Positions 19,184 through 29,075 of a DNA stretch of 43,144 nt are shown one piece after another. The notes beneath the pieces were generated by a model that ran no database searches, was not told the origin of the DNA, and was given only the letters and a program-made list of their open reading frames with translations. The stretch is from Candidatus Ratteibacteria bacterium (GTDB lineage: Bacteria > Ratteibacteria > UBA8468 > B48-G9 > JAFGKM01): NCBI GenBank assembly GCA_046296715.1, contig JBKBIN010000009.1:1-43144 (forward strand). Reading direction: 5' to 3'. Positions within the stretch are counted from its first letter, which is position 1; every line of letters begins with the position of its first letter. Both the position numbers and the translations under genes were made by a program.

Positions 19184-19912
19184 TTAAAAAGCTGGTACGT
19201 AATTTCCTCCACCATCAGGGTTAATTGAATTTGTCTTGCTATATGCTTGGTCAGGAACAAGTCCAAAATTTCCACTTCTTAAAGAACCTAATTTTTTAAA
19301 TTCTACATGACCATCCAAAAATAAATAATTACCTCCTGTATAATTATTATGTACTACGCCATACCATTCAATACCAGAAGCATAGTAGTGCCAATAAGAT
19401 AATGTAGTTCCAGCAGGAGGTGGTAAATTATAAACTGGCCTACAGAAGAGGTATCTGGATCTATATCTCCACTCATGAATAATAACAGTAGTTGAAGGGG
19501 ATTTACATACTGAAATTTTTCTCCCTGAAAGCACATGGTTAATTTGATAATTGGTATCATCTGTTTTTGTTGGTGCAAGAGATGAATATGGGAGCGCTGT
19601 TGGACAAGTCAATAATTTTGTATTTTTAATATATGGTAAAATAGATTTGAAAAAATTAGGCGTTGTTGAAGTGGTAAAATATTCTACCTGACCAATATGA
19701 GGATCGGCAGGAAGTAATTCATTATAATCGCTAACATACATTGAAATAGCTATCCCGATTTGTTTTAAATTATTCATACAAACTGCTTGTTTTGCTTTTT
19801 CTCTTGCCGTGAATAATGCAGGTAAAAGCATAGCTGCAAGGATTGCAATTATTGCCACTACAACAAGAAGCTCTATTAGAGTGAACCCTGTCTTTTTTTG
19901 CCACTTTAACAT
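19184..19912 (-). CDS. Prepilin-type N-terminal / H-X9-DG-like (DUF1559-like) protein
   Basis: [56 protein letters not shown] (slightly longer spacing). Confidence 0.92.
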   Translation of the reverse strand: MLKWQKKTGFTLIELLVVVAIIAILAAMLLPALFTAREKAKQAVCMNNLKQIGIAISMYVSDYNELLPADPHIGQVEYFTTSTTPNFFKSILPYIKNTKLLTCPTALPYSSLAPTKTDDTNYQINHVLSGRKISVCKSPSTTVIIHEWRYRSRYLFCRPVYNLPPPAGTTLSYWHYYASGIEWYGVVHNNYTGGNYLFLDGHVEFKKLGSLRSGNFGLVPDQAYSKTNSINPDGGGNYVPAF

Positions 19913-19929
19913 TTTGGCTCCTTTTTTAT

Positions 19930-21009
19930 CTATTCTAAACAGGCCCGAGGGACTCCCCTCTTATTTTTCCTTTCCGGCCTGATACCTGTTGAGTCCCTTT
20001 CTATTAGTTCTGGTTTTATAAATTCTTCAATTTTTTTGTTGTCCCCTTCAATTTTTTTAATTATGTTTTCAGCTACTCTTTTGGCAATTACTTCTTTTTT
20101 TTGTCTGATAGTTGTTATTGGAATAGGTGATATAATTGAAGATAAAGAATTGTCAAAACCAATAATTCCAAGTTGTTCAGGTATTTTTATACCAAGTTTT
20201 AATGCACTTTTTACAAGCCCAACAGCAATCTCATCATTAGAGGTAAAAATAGCAGAAGGCCTATTTTTATCTTTTAATATTTTTATCCCTATTTCCTCTG
20301 TCTTTTTTATTAAAGTTTCTATATTACTGAAATACTCCTTTTTGATATAATATTCTTTGATATCCAAATTTTTTTCTTGTGCAAATTTTAAAAATCCATT
20401 TTTTCTCTCTTCTATAGGCAAATCCTCTGTTTTCTCCCCAAATAAAATACCAAATTTTTCATATCCCTTTTCATATAAATGTTTTCCCGCAATATATCCT
20501 CCTTTAAAATAATCTGTTGAAATAAAATCCGTTTTTGAATCTCTAAATCTTCCAATTGTTATAAAAGGAAAGTTTTTATTTATAATTTTTTCAATTTCTT
20601 TATTTATCCCTTTTTCTTTTCCAACTACAAAAATTATTCCATCAACTCTCCTGCTTAAAAAATCCCTTATTAATGCCTCTTCTTTTTCAATATAATTTTT
20701 TGTATAGCCGATAAATAGATGATAACTTTTTTTCCATAAAATAGATTCTAAAATTTCTATATCAACTGTTATTTCTGAATAATAAAGATGTGGAATTATA
20801 ACTCCTATTGTATTTGTTTTTTTATTTCTTAAACTTCTATATAAAAGATTTGGATAATAACCAAGTTGTTCAGCAATTTCTATCACTTTTTTTCTTGTTT
20901 TTTCTCCAGCAAAACAGGTTGGATTATTATTTAAAATTGCAGAAACAGTTGATACAGAAACATTTGCTCTTTTACTAATTTCCTTTAATGTAATCTCCTT
21001 TAAATTCAT
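19930..21009 (-). CDS. LacI-family transcriptional regulator
   Basis: [61 protein letters not shown]. Confidence 0.95.
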   Translation of the reverse strand: MNLKEITLKEISKRANVSVSTVSAILNNNPTCFAGEKTRKKVIEIAEQLGYYPNLLYRSLRNKKTNTIGVIIPHLYYSEITVDIEILESILWKKSYHLFIGYTKNYIEKEEALIRDFLSRRVDGIIFVVGKEKGINKEIEKIINKNFPFITIGRFRDSKTDFISTDYFKGGYIAGKHLYEKGYEKFGILFGEKTEDLPIEERKNGFLKFAQEKNLDIKEYYIKKEYFSNIETLIKKTEEIGIKILKDKNRPSAIFTSNDEIAVGLVKSALKLGIKIPEQLGIIGFDNSLSSIISPIPITTIRQKKEVIAKRVAENIIKKIEGDNKKIEEFIKPELIERDSTGIRPERKNKRGVPRACLE

Positions 21010-21018
21010 ATTCCACCT

Positions 21019-21068
21019 TATATGTTTTGTTCCATATATAATTATACATAATTTTTATTTTTTGTCAA
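21019..21068 (-). promoter_or_regulatory. Promoter of the LacI-DUF1559 module with candidate operator
   Basis: Minus-strand TTGACA (21068-21063), 16 nt, TATAAT (21046-21041); inverted repeat TATATG-N8-CATATA at 21019-21038 just downstream. Confidence 0.6.
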
Positions 21069-21171
21069 GTTTTTAATTCGGTTTAAAAATTTTTATACAG
21101 ATTTTAGAATTACAAAAAATTGACATAAATAAAAAGAGAAGTTTAATTAAAAGAAAGGAATTTTTATTAGA

Positions 21172-22000
21172 TTGAAAATTTATAGTAAGAAAATTTTTTC
21201 TATAATCGTTATTTATATGTTTTACATTTTCACTGGAGGCAAAGGTGCTATTTACTGGTGGGAAAAAAACTTGAAAAATGGGGAAAGGTAAAAGAAAGAG
21301 ATATTCTTATAGATTGGACGAAAAAATAAGAGATAAAATAGTGAAAACAAACTTAAATAGATATGGTATTTCTGATTTTGGTGATTTTTTTCAGCCATCA
21401 TGGGCAGAAAGCGTAAGGAACCCAGATATAGATTTATTTCAATGGCACCGATACAGATTGTAAGATGGTCTAATATAGTATTTGCTAATACAGGAGATGT
21501 TTTAGGTAAAGGTAGATTCATTTGTGATGCAGAAAAAGAAAGAATTGAAAAGGGAGTAGTAGTTTCTGTAAATAAACAATCATTTATAGAAATAAAGGAT
21601 AATTCAAACATAAAAATAGAAGGAATTACTTTTGACAACTCAAGAAAAGAGACAATAGTTGTTTATAATAGTTCTGATATAATTATTGATAACAGTATTT
21701 TTAGAAATCTTGGTGCATGGGCAATAAAGGTGAAAAATCTTAAAAACTCAAAAATCCAGAACTGTGAAGTTTATAATATCAGAGAAAGAGGAATATATCT
21801 TGAAGATAGAAACAGGAAAACACTTGGGTTAGGAGATAATCAGGTCATAAATAACCACATACATAATTTTTCACTCTGGATAGGGGTTTATAGACCAGCA
21901 ATACAAATCAATGGTGTTGGGATTATGTTGCAAATAATTTAATTCACGATGCTCCACATATGGCAATTGGTTGGTCTGGTAATAAAAATATTATTGAGTG
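21172..22000 (+). pseudogene. Degraded right-handed parallel beta-helix (pectate-lyase-like fold) secreted protein
   Basis: Fragments in different frames: FTGGKK, RLDEKIRDKIVKTNL..YGISDFG, PIQIVRWSN, IENCEVYN-like repeats, INNHIHNFS..YRPAIQINGVG, then frameshift to VANNLIHDAPHMAIGWSGNKNIIE; truncated afterwards. Confidence 0.8.
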
Positions 22001-22210
22001 TGAAAGGTATACAATGAAACTCCTTGAAAACAGAAAAAATAGGAAGAATTCTGGACAAATTCACTTTATAATCAGAGATTTTTCGTTAAGGTTATCTTGA
22101 AAAATTAGTTTGTGAATGGTAATTTATAATAACAAAAAGATGCCAAAAAAGGTGAAAAATTCATAATCTTTTAGTTAATTAAAATTTTTTAAAATTGAAA
22201 AGGAAGAAGG

Positions 22211-23275
22211 ATGGAAGTAAAAAATGGGGATTTAGAAAATTTGGATGAGATGATTGAACTTGCAGATTTAGTTTTTAGACCAAAAGAAAAAAGTATGAGA
22301 ATTGAGACGCCTTTAATGTATAGTAAAGAAAATATTGAAAAAGGGAATACTTTTATTATAGTTGAAGATAAAAAAATTGTATCTTTTGTTGGAATGGTTG
22401 AAGAAGAGATAGTTGTCTATGGTTATAAAATGAAAATTGGCGAAATTGGGAATGTTTGTACACATCCTGATTATAGAGGTAAAGGTTATGCTTCAATCCT
22501 TTTACAGAAAGCAATAGAAAAAGCAAAAAAAGATAATCTTTCATATTTAATGATTTCAGGAAGTAGGTCTTTATATAAAAGGATAGGTGCTGTAAGTATG
22601 CTTTATTATTTCTATCAGATTAAAGGGAAAGAAAAGAAATTAGATTTTAAAATAAGAAGATATAAAGACAAAATGTATAGAGATTGTATTAAGATTTATC
22701 AGAAAGAACCAGTTAGATTTTTAAGAGAAAGGGATTTTTCCACCCTTTTTTCATTATATAATGGTTCATTTAAAAGAAAAGTTATGCATTGTTTAAGTAA
22801 AATATGGGTAATTGAGAAAGAAAAAGAAATCCTATCTTACTGAGCAGAAGGAGAGAGAAATGGAGTTATAACGATAGGATATAATAGAGAGTTTGCTGGT
22901 TTGAGAAACCTTCTTGTTCAAGCATGGAAAAGTAAAAAGGGAATAAGAAATATATTTGTTCCATTATGGGATAGAGAATTACATGCACTCCTTGGCAAAG
23001 AAAAAGAAATTAGAGAGATGGGAACAGTTTTATTAATAGAACCAAAAAATCTTTTTGATTCCTTAAGGGGATTTTTTAAAGAAAGGGGAATAAATTTTTC
23101 ATATAAAATAGACAAACAAAATTTGATTTTAAAAGCAAATCAACAAGAAAGAAAATTTGAAAACCTATCAAACCTTGCAGAATTTTTATTTTGTTCTAAC
23201 GGAAAATCTCCAGAAGGGATATGGAAAGAATTTTTACCTATTCCAATCCCTCCTTATGGGTTAAATTATGCATAA
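22211..23275 (+). pseudogene. Eis-like GNAT acetyltransferase interrupted by one in-frame TGA (22841-22843)
   Basis: IGNVCTHPDYRGKGYAS GNAT motif; ORFs 22211-22843 and 22901-23275 are in the same frame and read EILSY*AEGERNG..EFAGLRNLL..PIPPYGLNY. Confidence 0.8.
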
Positions 23276-23314
23276 TTTCAAAATTTAGAGTATAATTTTT
23301 AAAAAAGGAAAGAT

Positions 23315-24772
23315 ATGGTAAGAGTTAGATTTGCACCAAGTCCAACTGGTTATTTACATATAGGTAATGCAAGAACAGCGCTTTTTAATTATTTATTTGC
23401 AAAAAAGAATAAAGGAAAGTTTATATTAAGAATTGAAGATACAGATAAAGAAAGAAGTAAAAAAGAATATGAAATTGCAATTATGGAAGATTTAAAATGG
23501 ATTGGTATTGAATGGGATGAAGGACCTGATATTGGTGGAGAATATGGACCATATAGGCAGAGTGAAAGAATAGACATTTATAGGGAATTTGCTCAAAAAC
23601 TTTTAAAAGAAGGAGTTGTTTATAAATGTTATTGCACAAAAGAAGAACTTGAAAAAATGAGAAAAGATGCGCAGGAAAAAGGACTTCCCCCTGGATATGA
23701 TGGAAGATGTAGAAATTTAACAAGAGAAAAGATAAGTCATTATGAAAAAGAAGGAAGAGATTTTGTCTTAAGATTGAAAGTCCCTGAAGAAAGGATTGAG
23801 ATAAATGATTTAATAAGAGGGAAAGTTATATTTGAAGGAGAGCATTTAACTGACTTTGTTATAATGAAATCAGATGGAACTCCAACATTTAATTTTGCTG
23901 TAGTTATTGATGATTATTTAATGAAGATAACACATGTGATAAGAGGGGAAGACCATCTTTCAAACACTCCAAAACATATTTTAATTTTTAAAGCAATTGG
24001 TGCTGAAATCCCTCAATTTGCACATATGTCAATGACACTTGGTCCTGATAGAACAAGATTAAGTAAGCGCCACGGAGCAACATCTGTAAGAGCATATAGA
24101 GAAGAAGGTTTTTTACCAGAAGCATTTTTTAATTATATTTCTCTTCTTGGATGGGGAACAACAGAAAGCAGAGAGATTTTTACAAAAGAAGAATTAATAA
24201 ATGAATTTTCTCTTGAAAGATGTCATAAGGCAAGTGCTATTTTTGACCGTGAAAAATTGTTATGGATGAATAGTTTTTATATAAGGAAGACAGAAATTGA
24301 TAGAATTTATCAATTATCTATACCTTTTCTGAAACAGGCAGGTTTGGTAGAAGACCAGATAAGTAAAGAAAAAGAAGAATATATAAAAAAAGCAATATCT
24401 CTTGAACAGGAGAAGATTAAGACATTGAAAGAAATCCCATACTTAATTGAATTTTTCTTTAAAGAACCTGAATATGAGAAAGAAAATTATGAAAAACTTA
24501 TAAATCAGGAAACAAAAAAGGAACTTGAAGAACTTTTAAACATTTTTGAGCAAATGGATAGTTTTAAAAAAGAAGAAATTGAGAGTAAAGTAAGAGATTA
24601 TTGTAAAGAAAAAAATATTAAAACATCAATGGTTTTTCATCCATTAAGATTTGCAGTTAGTGGAAGAACAAAAGGTCCTGATTTATTCGGAATGATAGAA
24701 CTACTTGGAAAGGAAAAAACAATAGAAAGAATAAAAAGATTGATTTTTAAAAAAGGAGGATATAGTGATTAA
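23315..24772 (+). CDS. gltX: Glutamate--tRNA ligase
   Basis: RVRFAPSPTGYLHIGN, LRIEDTD, YRQSER, THVIRGEDH, LSKRHGA, PLRFAVSG. Confidence 0.97.
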   Translation: MVRVRFAPSPTGYLHIGNARTALFNYLFAKKNKGKFILRIEDTDKERSKKEYEIAIMEDLKWIGIEWDEGPDIGGEYGPYRQSERIDIYREFAQKLLKEGVVYKCYCTKEELEKMRKDAQEKGLPPGYDGRCRNLTREKISHYEKEGRDFVLRLKVPEERIEINDLIRGKVIFEGEHLTDFVIMKSDGTPTFNFAVVIDDYLMKITHVIRGEDHLSNTPKHILIFKAIGAEIPQFAHMSMTLGPDRTRLSKRHGATSVRAYREEGFLPEAFFNYISLLGWGTTESREIFTKEELINEFSLERCHKASAIFDREKLLWMNSFYIRKTEIDRIYQLSIPFLKQAGLVEDQISKEKEEYIKKAISLEQEKIKTLKEIPYLIEFFFKEPEYEKENYEKLINQETKKELEELLNIFEQMDSFKKEEIESKVRDYCKEKNIKTSMVFHPLRFAVSGRTKGPDLFGMIELLGKEKTIERIKRLIFKKGGYSD

Positions 24773-25313
24773 AAGAAGTAAAGTTGAGGAATTAAAGAAA
24801 AAAGCATATGAGTTATTGAAAAAAGCAAATATAGTGATTACAGAAGATGAATATAAAAATATGGAAGTTGTAGATTGTGGTCTTGGAATACCAGAAGAGA
24901 TTGGATTAGAGATAATTGTTTATGTGAATAATGAAAGATATTGTGCAAAAGAATTGATTTTGTTACCAAGGCAGACCTGCCCAGAACATAGACATCCTCC
25001 AATTTCATCAACAAATCCAGGGAAACAAGAGACATTTAGATGTAGATATGGAGAAGTTTATTTATATGTTCCAGGAAAAGCGGTTGAAAATCCAAAAGCA
25101 GTTTTAAAATCAAGGAAAGAATATTTTACATGCTGGAATGAAATAGTTTTAAAACCAGGGCAGCAATATACAATACCACCTAATACATTACATTGGTTTC
25201 AGGCAGGAGACGATGGAGCGATTGTAAGTGAGTTTTCTTCTCAAAGTATAGATGAAACAGATATTTTTACTGACCCTGATATAAAAAGAATAACAGAGAT
25301 ACAAGAAGATTAA
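24765..25313 (+). CDS. D-lyxose/D-mannose-family sugar isomerase (cupin)
   Basis: YCAKELIL..QTCPEHRHP..GKQETFRCR..HWFQAG..VSEFS..DETDIFTDP. Confidence 0.9.
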   Translation: MIKRSKVEELKKKAYELLKKANIVITEDEYKNMEVVDCGLGIPEEIGLEIIVYVNNERYCAKELILLPRQTCPEHRHPPISSTNPGKQETFRCRYGEVYLYVPGKAVENPKAVLKSRKEYFTCWNEIVLKPGQQYTIPPNTLHWFQAGDDGAIVSEFSSQSIDETDIFTDPDIKRITEIQED

Positions 25314-25334
25314 TTTCAGAATTTATTCTTTCTA

Positions 25335-25363
25335 TTTACATAAATCTTTATAAGAGGTACAAT
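25335..25363 (+). promoter_or_regulatory. Sigma70-type promoter of candidate small RNA
   Basis: TTTACA (25335-25340), 17 nt, TACAAT (25358-25363); predicted start ~25370-25371. Confidence 0.65.
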
Positions 25364-25370
25364 TAAAAGT

Positions 25371-25452
25371 GGAGAGGGCGCTACTACGAATAAAAAGTGG
25401 GCATAAAGCCCATATTTAAGGGTATTAAATCCCTTTGTAGAGCGTCCTCTCC
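25371..25452 (+). ncRNA. Candidate structured small RNA (three-way junction), family not recognised
   Basis: 12-bp plus 5-bp closing stem with one bulged A, two internal hairpins, G-U wobbles only on the + strand, upstream promoter and downstream TTATTTTTT. Confidence 0.6.
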
Positions 25453-25536
25453 TTATTTTTTATATCTTTAATCACCAATTCTACCTAAAAGATTTTTGTA
25501 TGATATAATAATTATTTAAAATCTGAAAGATATAAT

Positions 25537-27321
25537 ATGGAAAAGGGACAAAAAGGGTCAAGTGATAAGATCAAAGATTTTAGAAGTATAAAATTAATAA
25601 AGAGGGGAAAAAAGAATTATGAAATATATTACTGGACAGGTATATTTATTTTTTTCCTTGGAATACTTATAATTTTTAAACCAGCATATGATTATACATT
25701 AATAAAAAACTTAAGCGGATTTTTATTCTGTTTGTTTCTTTCTTTTTATTTTCTTCTTAAAGAGAAAAAATTTGAGTTTTCTTTTTTTGTTTATTTACCA
25801 ATTATTTTTTTTTCCTATATTTTGATTTCCTCTTTCTATGCACCTTTTAAATTTGAAGCAGCAAAGAATCTTGAAAACTATTTACTCTATTTCCTTATTT
25901 TCTTAATCTCTTTAAATCTTGAACTTGATAAAAAAATTTTTTATATATGGATTGGAATTGGGATTATTTCAGCAATTGTTGGAATAGCAAATTTTTATGG
26001 AGAAAAACATTATGCAATTTCAACTTTTGGTAACCCAAATTTCTTTGCAGGTCATATTATAATGGTTTTATGTCTTTCTTTTTCCAATATTTTAAATTGG
26101 AAGAACTATGAGAAAGTAAAATATATTAATTTTTTAAAACTTCTTGATATTTCTTGTCTTCTTTTAGGCACTTGGGCACTAATTGTTGCACAATCAAGAG
26201 CAGCGATAATGGCTTTTATTATAGGGATTACTTTTGTATGGTATATTGATAAAATTGAAGAAAAATCTTTTATTAAATATATTCCACTTCTTATTTTGCT
26301 TATTTGTTTATTTGTTCTTTTCCCTAAAATCATAGTTTGGTATAAAACAAATATAAGATATTTTATTTGGACAGGAACATTTAGAATGATTTTAAAAAAA
26401 CCATTATTTGGCTATGGATTTGGTAATTTTATATTTTTCTATCCATATTTCAGAGTAAGAAAGTATTTTCTTCAACCAGAATCAACTCCTGTTACTAACC
26501 ATTCTCATAATGAATATCTTGAAATATGGGCAGAAACAGGAATTATAGGGCTTTTACTCTTTTTAATTTTTATATTTTCTTTTATTATTACTTCTATCAG
26601 AAACAAAAAATCATCAAAAATTTTACTTGATGGTATTATTGGAGGAATAATAAGTGTTTTATTAGATAATATTTTTTCAACTAATTTAAGAAATCCTTCA
26701 ACAAGTATGTATTTTTGGTTTTTACTTGGCATGACTGGTAAATATATAAAACTTGATAAACTTGAATTTAAATTTTCAAAGATTTTATGGTATACAATAT
26801 TTATTGTTTCTTTTATCCTTTCAATTTTTCATTCCTATTACAGAGTTTTCCCGCAGATTTATTATAAAAACGGTATAAATGCAAAGGATAATGGATTTTA
26901 TAATGAGGCAATTGAAAATTATATTATTGTATGTAAATATAATCCATATAATTATGAAAACTGGTATAAACTTGCTTACGCTTATGGGATGATTGGTGAT
27001 TACAAAAAGGCAGAACAAATATATCTTTACTTGAATAAATATCTTTTTCCTCATTTTGCAAAAACAGATGCAAATCTTGGAACTGTTTATTTAAAAATTG
27101 GAGACCCAGAGAAAGCAATAAAATATTATAAGAATGCTGAATATTTTAACCCATACGATGAGGATGTTTTATGCAGTATTGCATCAATTTATCTTGTATA
27201 TTATAATAATATAGAAAAAGCAGTTGATTATTTAAATAGAGTTCTTAAAATAAATCCAGAAAATATGTATGCAAATAAAACAATGGATATTTTAGAAAAG
27301 AAAGGAAAGATAAGGAGGTAA
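25537..27321 (+). CDS. O-antigen ligase-family membrane protein with C-terminal TPR repeats
   Basis: STFGNPNFFAG, QSRAA, R.FIW....M..KPLFGYGFGNF, HSHNEYLEIWAETGIIG; TPR-like helices at the C-terminus. Confidence 0.88.
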   Translation: MEKGQKGSSDKIKDFRSIKLIKRGKKNYEIYYWTGIFIFFLGILIIFKPAYDYTLIKNLSGFLFCLFLSFYFLLKEKKFEFSFFVYLPIIFFSYILISSFYAPFKFEAAKNLENYLLYFLIFLISLNLELDKKIFYIWIGIGIISAIVGIANFYGEKHYAISTFGNPNFFAGHIIMVLCLSFSNILNWKNYEKVKYINFLKLLDISCLLLGTWALIVAQSRAAIMAFIIGITFVWYIDKIEEKSFIKYIPLLILLICLFVLFPKIIVWYKTNIRYFIWTGTFRMILKKPLFGYGFGNFIFFYPYFRVRKYFLQPESTPVTNHSHNEYLEIWAETGIIGLLLFLIFIFSFIITSIRNKKSSKILLDGIIGGIISVLLDNIFSTNLRNPSTSMYFWFLLGMTGKYIKLDKLEFKFSKILWYTIFIVSFILSIFHSYYRVFPQIYYKNGINAKDNGFYNEAIENYIIVCKYNPYNYENWYKLAYAYGMIGDYKKAEQIYLYLNKYLFPHFAKTDANLGTVYLKIGDPEKAIKYYKNAEYFNPYDEDVLCSIASIYLVYYNNIEKAVDYLNRVLKINPENMYANKTMDILEKKGKIRR

Positions 27322-27325
27322 AAAT

Positions 27326-27532
27326 ATGGCTATGAGATGTGAAATATGTGGGAAAGAAAGTAGAAGCGGCAATAAAGTAAGTCATTCAAATAGAAAAACA
27401 AGAAGAACATGGAAGCCTAATATACAAAAAGTTCTTGTTGAATATCAAGGAGTTATCAAGAGGATGAAGATCTGCACAAAATGTTTAAAGACAAAAGTAA
27501 AAAGACCTTTAAAAGAAGTTGAAATTACCTAA
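27326..27532 (+). CDS. rpmB: 50S ribosomal protein L28 (CxxC..CxxC zinc type)
   Basis: CEICGK...GNKVSHSNRKTRRTWKPNIQ...ICTKCLK. Confidence 0.97.
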   Translation: MAMRCEICGKESRSGNKVSHSNRKTRRTWKPNIQKVLVEYQGVIKRMKICTKCLKTKVKRPLKEVEIT

Positions 27533-29075
27533 AGTTTCTTATTTTTAGCGTGATTTTATAATATCCATCAATTTCTTCAATCTCTGGGGTGTAAAAAATA
27601 TCCTTTTTACCTTCTTCTGGTTTTTTTGAATTTAAAAACTCACACTCAAAAATTACATTCTTTTTAACCCAATATTTTTCTTGGTCACCCTTTTTAATCT
27701 TTTTTAAAAAAACATCCTTACTTAAAAAAACAGGAGGATTATTTCCTTTTCCATATGGCTTTAAAAGATTAAGGTATTCAAAGATTTCTGGTTTTATATC
27801 TTCTATATTAAAAACTATATCAAAGTATTCATCATCCTTACTTTTTTCTATTTTTATACTCTTCCAGTATTCTTTTATTTCATCTTCTAATTCAGTAGAG
27901 AATTTAAAACCAATAGCAGTTTTATGACCTCCAAAGGATAAAAATTTATCTTTTATTTTTTTCATTTTTGTATATAAATCATAATCTTCTGGTGCCCTTG
28001 CTGAACCTTTCAAGATTTTACCCTTTTTACTTGCGACAAAAAAAGGTAAATCAAATTTTTCTGTAAGACGACTTGCAATTATACCGCATAACGATTCTGG
28101 CAAATTTTCAAGAACTAAAAACCTATCTTCAAATCCGCATTGCCCTTCTATTTTTTTTATTATTTTCTGTGTTAACTGGTATCTTTTTTTGTCAAGTTGT
28201 TCAATTTCTTTTAATAATATTTCAATTTCTCTTTCCTCTTCTTCTAAAAAAAGATTTAAGGTAATTTCAGGTTTACCAAATCTTCCTGGTGAATTTAATT
28301 TTGGATTTATCTTTCTTTTTACATCTTCTATTTCTATGAATTCTTTATTTAAGTGTTTAGAAACAAGAAAATTTAAACCTTTTATATTTGAATATTTTAA
28401 GTCCTTTAACATCTCTTTTACAAAAATTCTATTTTCTCCTATTAAATTTAAACTTTCACTTAAAGTTGAAAGCCCAACAATAGATATGAAATCTTTAAAG
28501 GATAAAGAAGGATAGTTAGATATTAAATTTTGAAATAGTTTAAAAGAGAGGGTCGTTGCAGAAAAATCGTTTTTAATTGAACTAAAAGAAGGATGAATGT
28601 AGATATGAGATGTAGGCAAATTTTCAATCTCTGTTTGATGGTGGTCAATAACTATTGCCTTTATACCACTTTCAGCACATTTTTTAAGAAATTTATAAGA
28701 AGAGATACCACAGTCAATAAGAATTATAATTTTATAATTTTCCTTTAAAAGATAATCAACAAAATTTTCCTCAATTTCATAATCCTCAAGTCTGTGTGTT
28801 AAATAATAGTTAAAATTAGCATTTCTTTCACTTAAAAACTTTAATATAAAAAAGACCCCCCCAATTCCATCAATGTCTCCATCTCCATAAATAAATATTT
28901 TTTCTTTATTTTTTATTGAGTTCTGAATTTCGTTTGAGGCTACTTCAATATTAGAAATTTTACTTGGTTCTATAATATCATTCAAACTTGGAAAAAGAAA
29001 TTTCTCAATCTCTTTTTCTTTTTTAATCCCTCTTTTATATAAAATCTGTCTTAAAAAATCTGGTATATCTATCAT
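27525..29075 (-). CDS. recJ: ssDNA-specific exonuclease RecJ (DHH family, divergent)
   Basis: YGDGDIDG, IDCGIS, IDHH, ENR, PKLNSPGR, GIIASRL, KGSAR, GGHKTAIG, LKPYGKGNNPP. Confidence 0.88.
   Translation of the reverse strand: MIDIPDFLRQILYKRGIKKEKEIEKFLFPSLNDIIEPSKISNIEVASNEIQNSIKNKEKIFIYGDGDIDGIGGVFFILKFLSERNANFNYYLTHRLEDYEIEENFVDYLLKENYKIIILIDCGISSYKFLKKCAESGIKAIVIDHHQTEIENLPTSHIYIHPSFSSIKNDFSATTLSFKLFQNLISNYPSLSFKDFISIVGLSTLSESLNLIGENRIFVKEMLKDLKYSNIKGLNFLVSKHLNKEFIEIEDVKRKINPKLNSPGRFGKPEITLNLFLEEEEREIEILLKEIEQLDKKRYQLTQKIIKKIEGQCGFEDRFLVLENLPESLCGIIASRLTEKFDLPFFVASKKGKILKGSARAPEDYDLYTKMKKIKDKFLSFGGHKTAIGFKFSTELEDEIKEYWKSIKIEKSKDDEYFDIVFNIEDIKPEIFEYLNLLKPYGKGNNPPVFLSKDVFLKKIKKGDQEKYWVKKNVIFECEFLNSKKPEEGKKDIFYTPEIEEIDGYYKITLKIRNFR

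Noticed and set aside
19938..19998. ZTP riboswitch or HDV-like ribozyme
   Set aside because: Pseudoknot order is superficially similar, but the conserved ZTP (GACUGGCG/CGCCUGG) and HDV (P3/L3, P1.1 GG, catalytic C) nucleotides are absent.
22841..22900. Selenocysteine or reassigned TGA in the GNAT gene
   Set aside because: No SECIS-like hairpin after the TGA. TGA is a normal stop in dciA, dapA, accD and hypC, so code 11 applies.
25371..25452. tRNA/tRNA-Sec, SRP RNA, hammerhead ribozyme or simple terminator
   Set aside because: No TTC T-loop, SRP motif or hammerhead core. The branched fold and dedicated promoter exceed a simple terminator, though a terminator role is not excluded.
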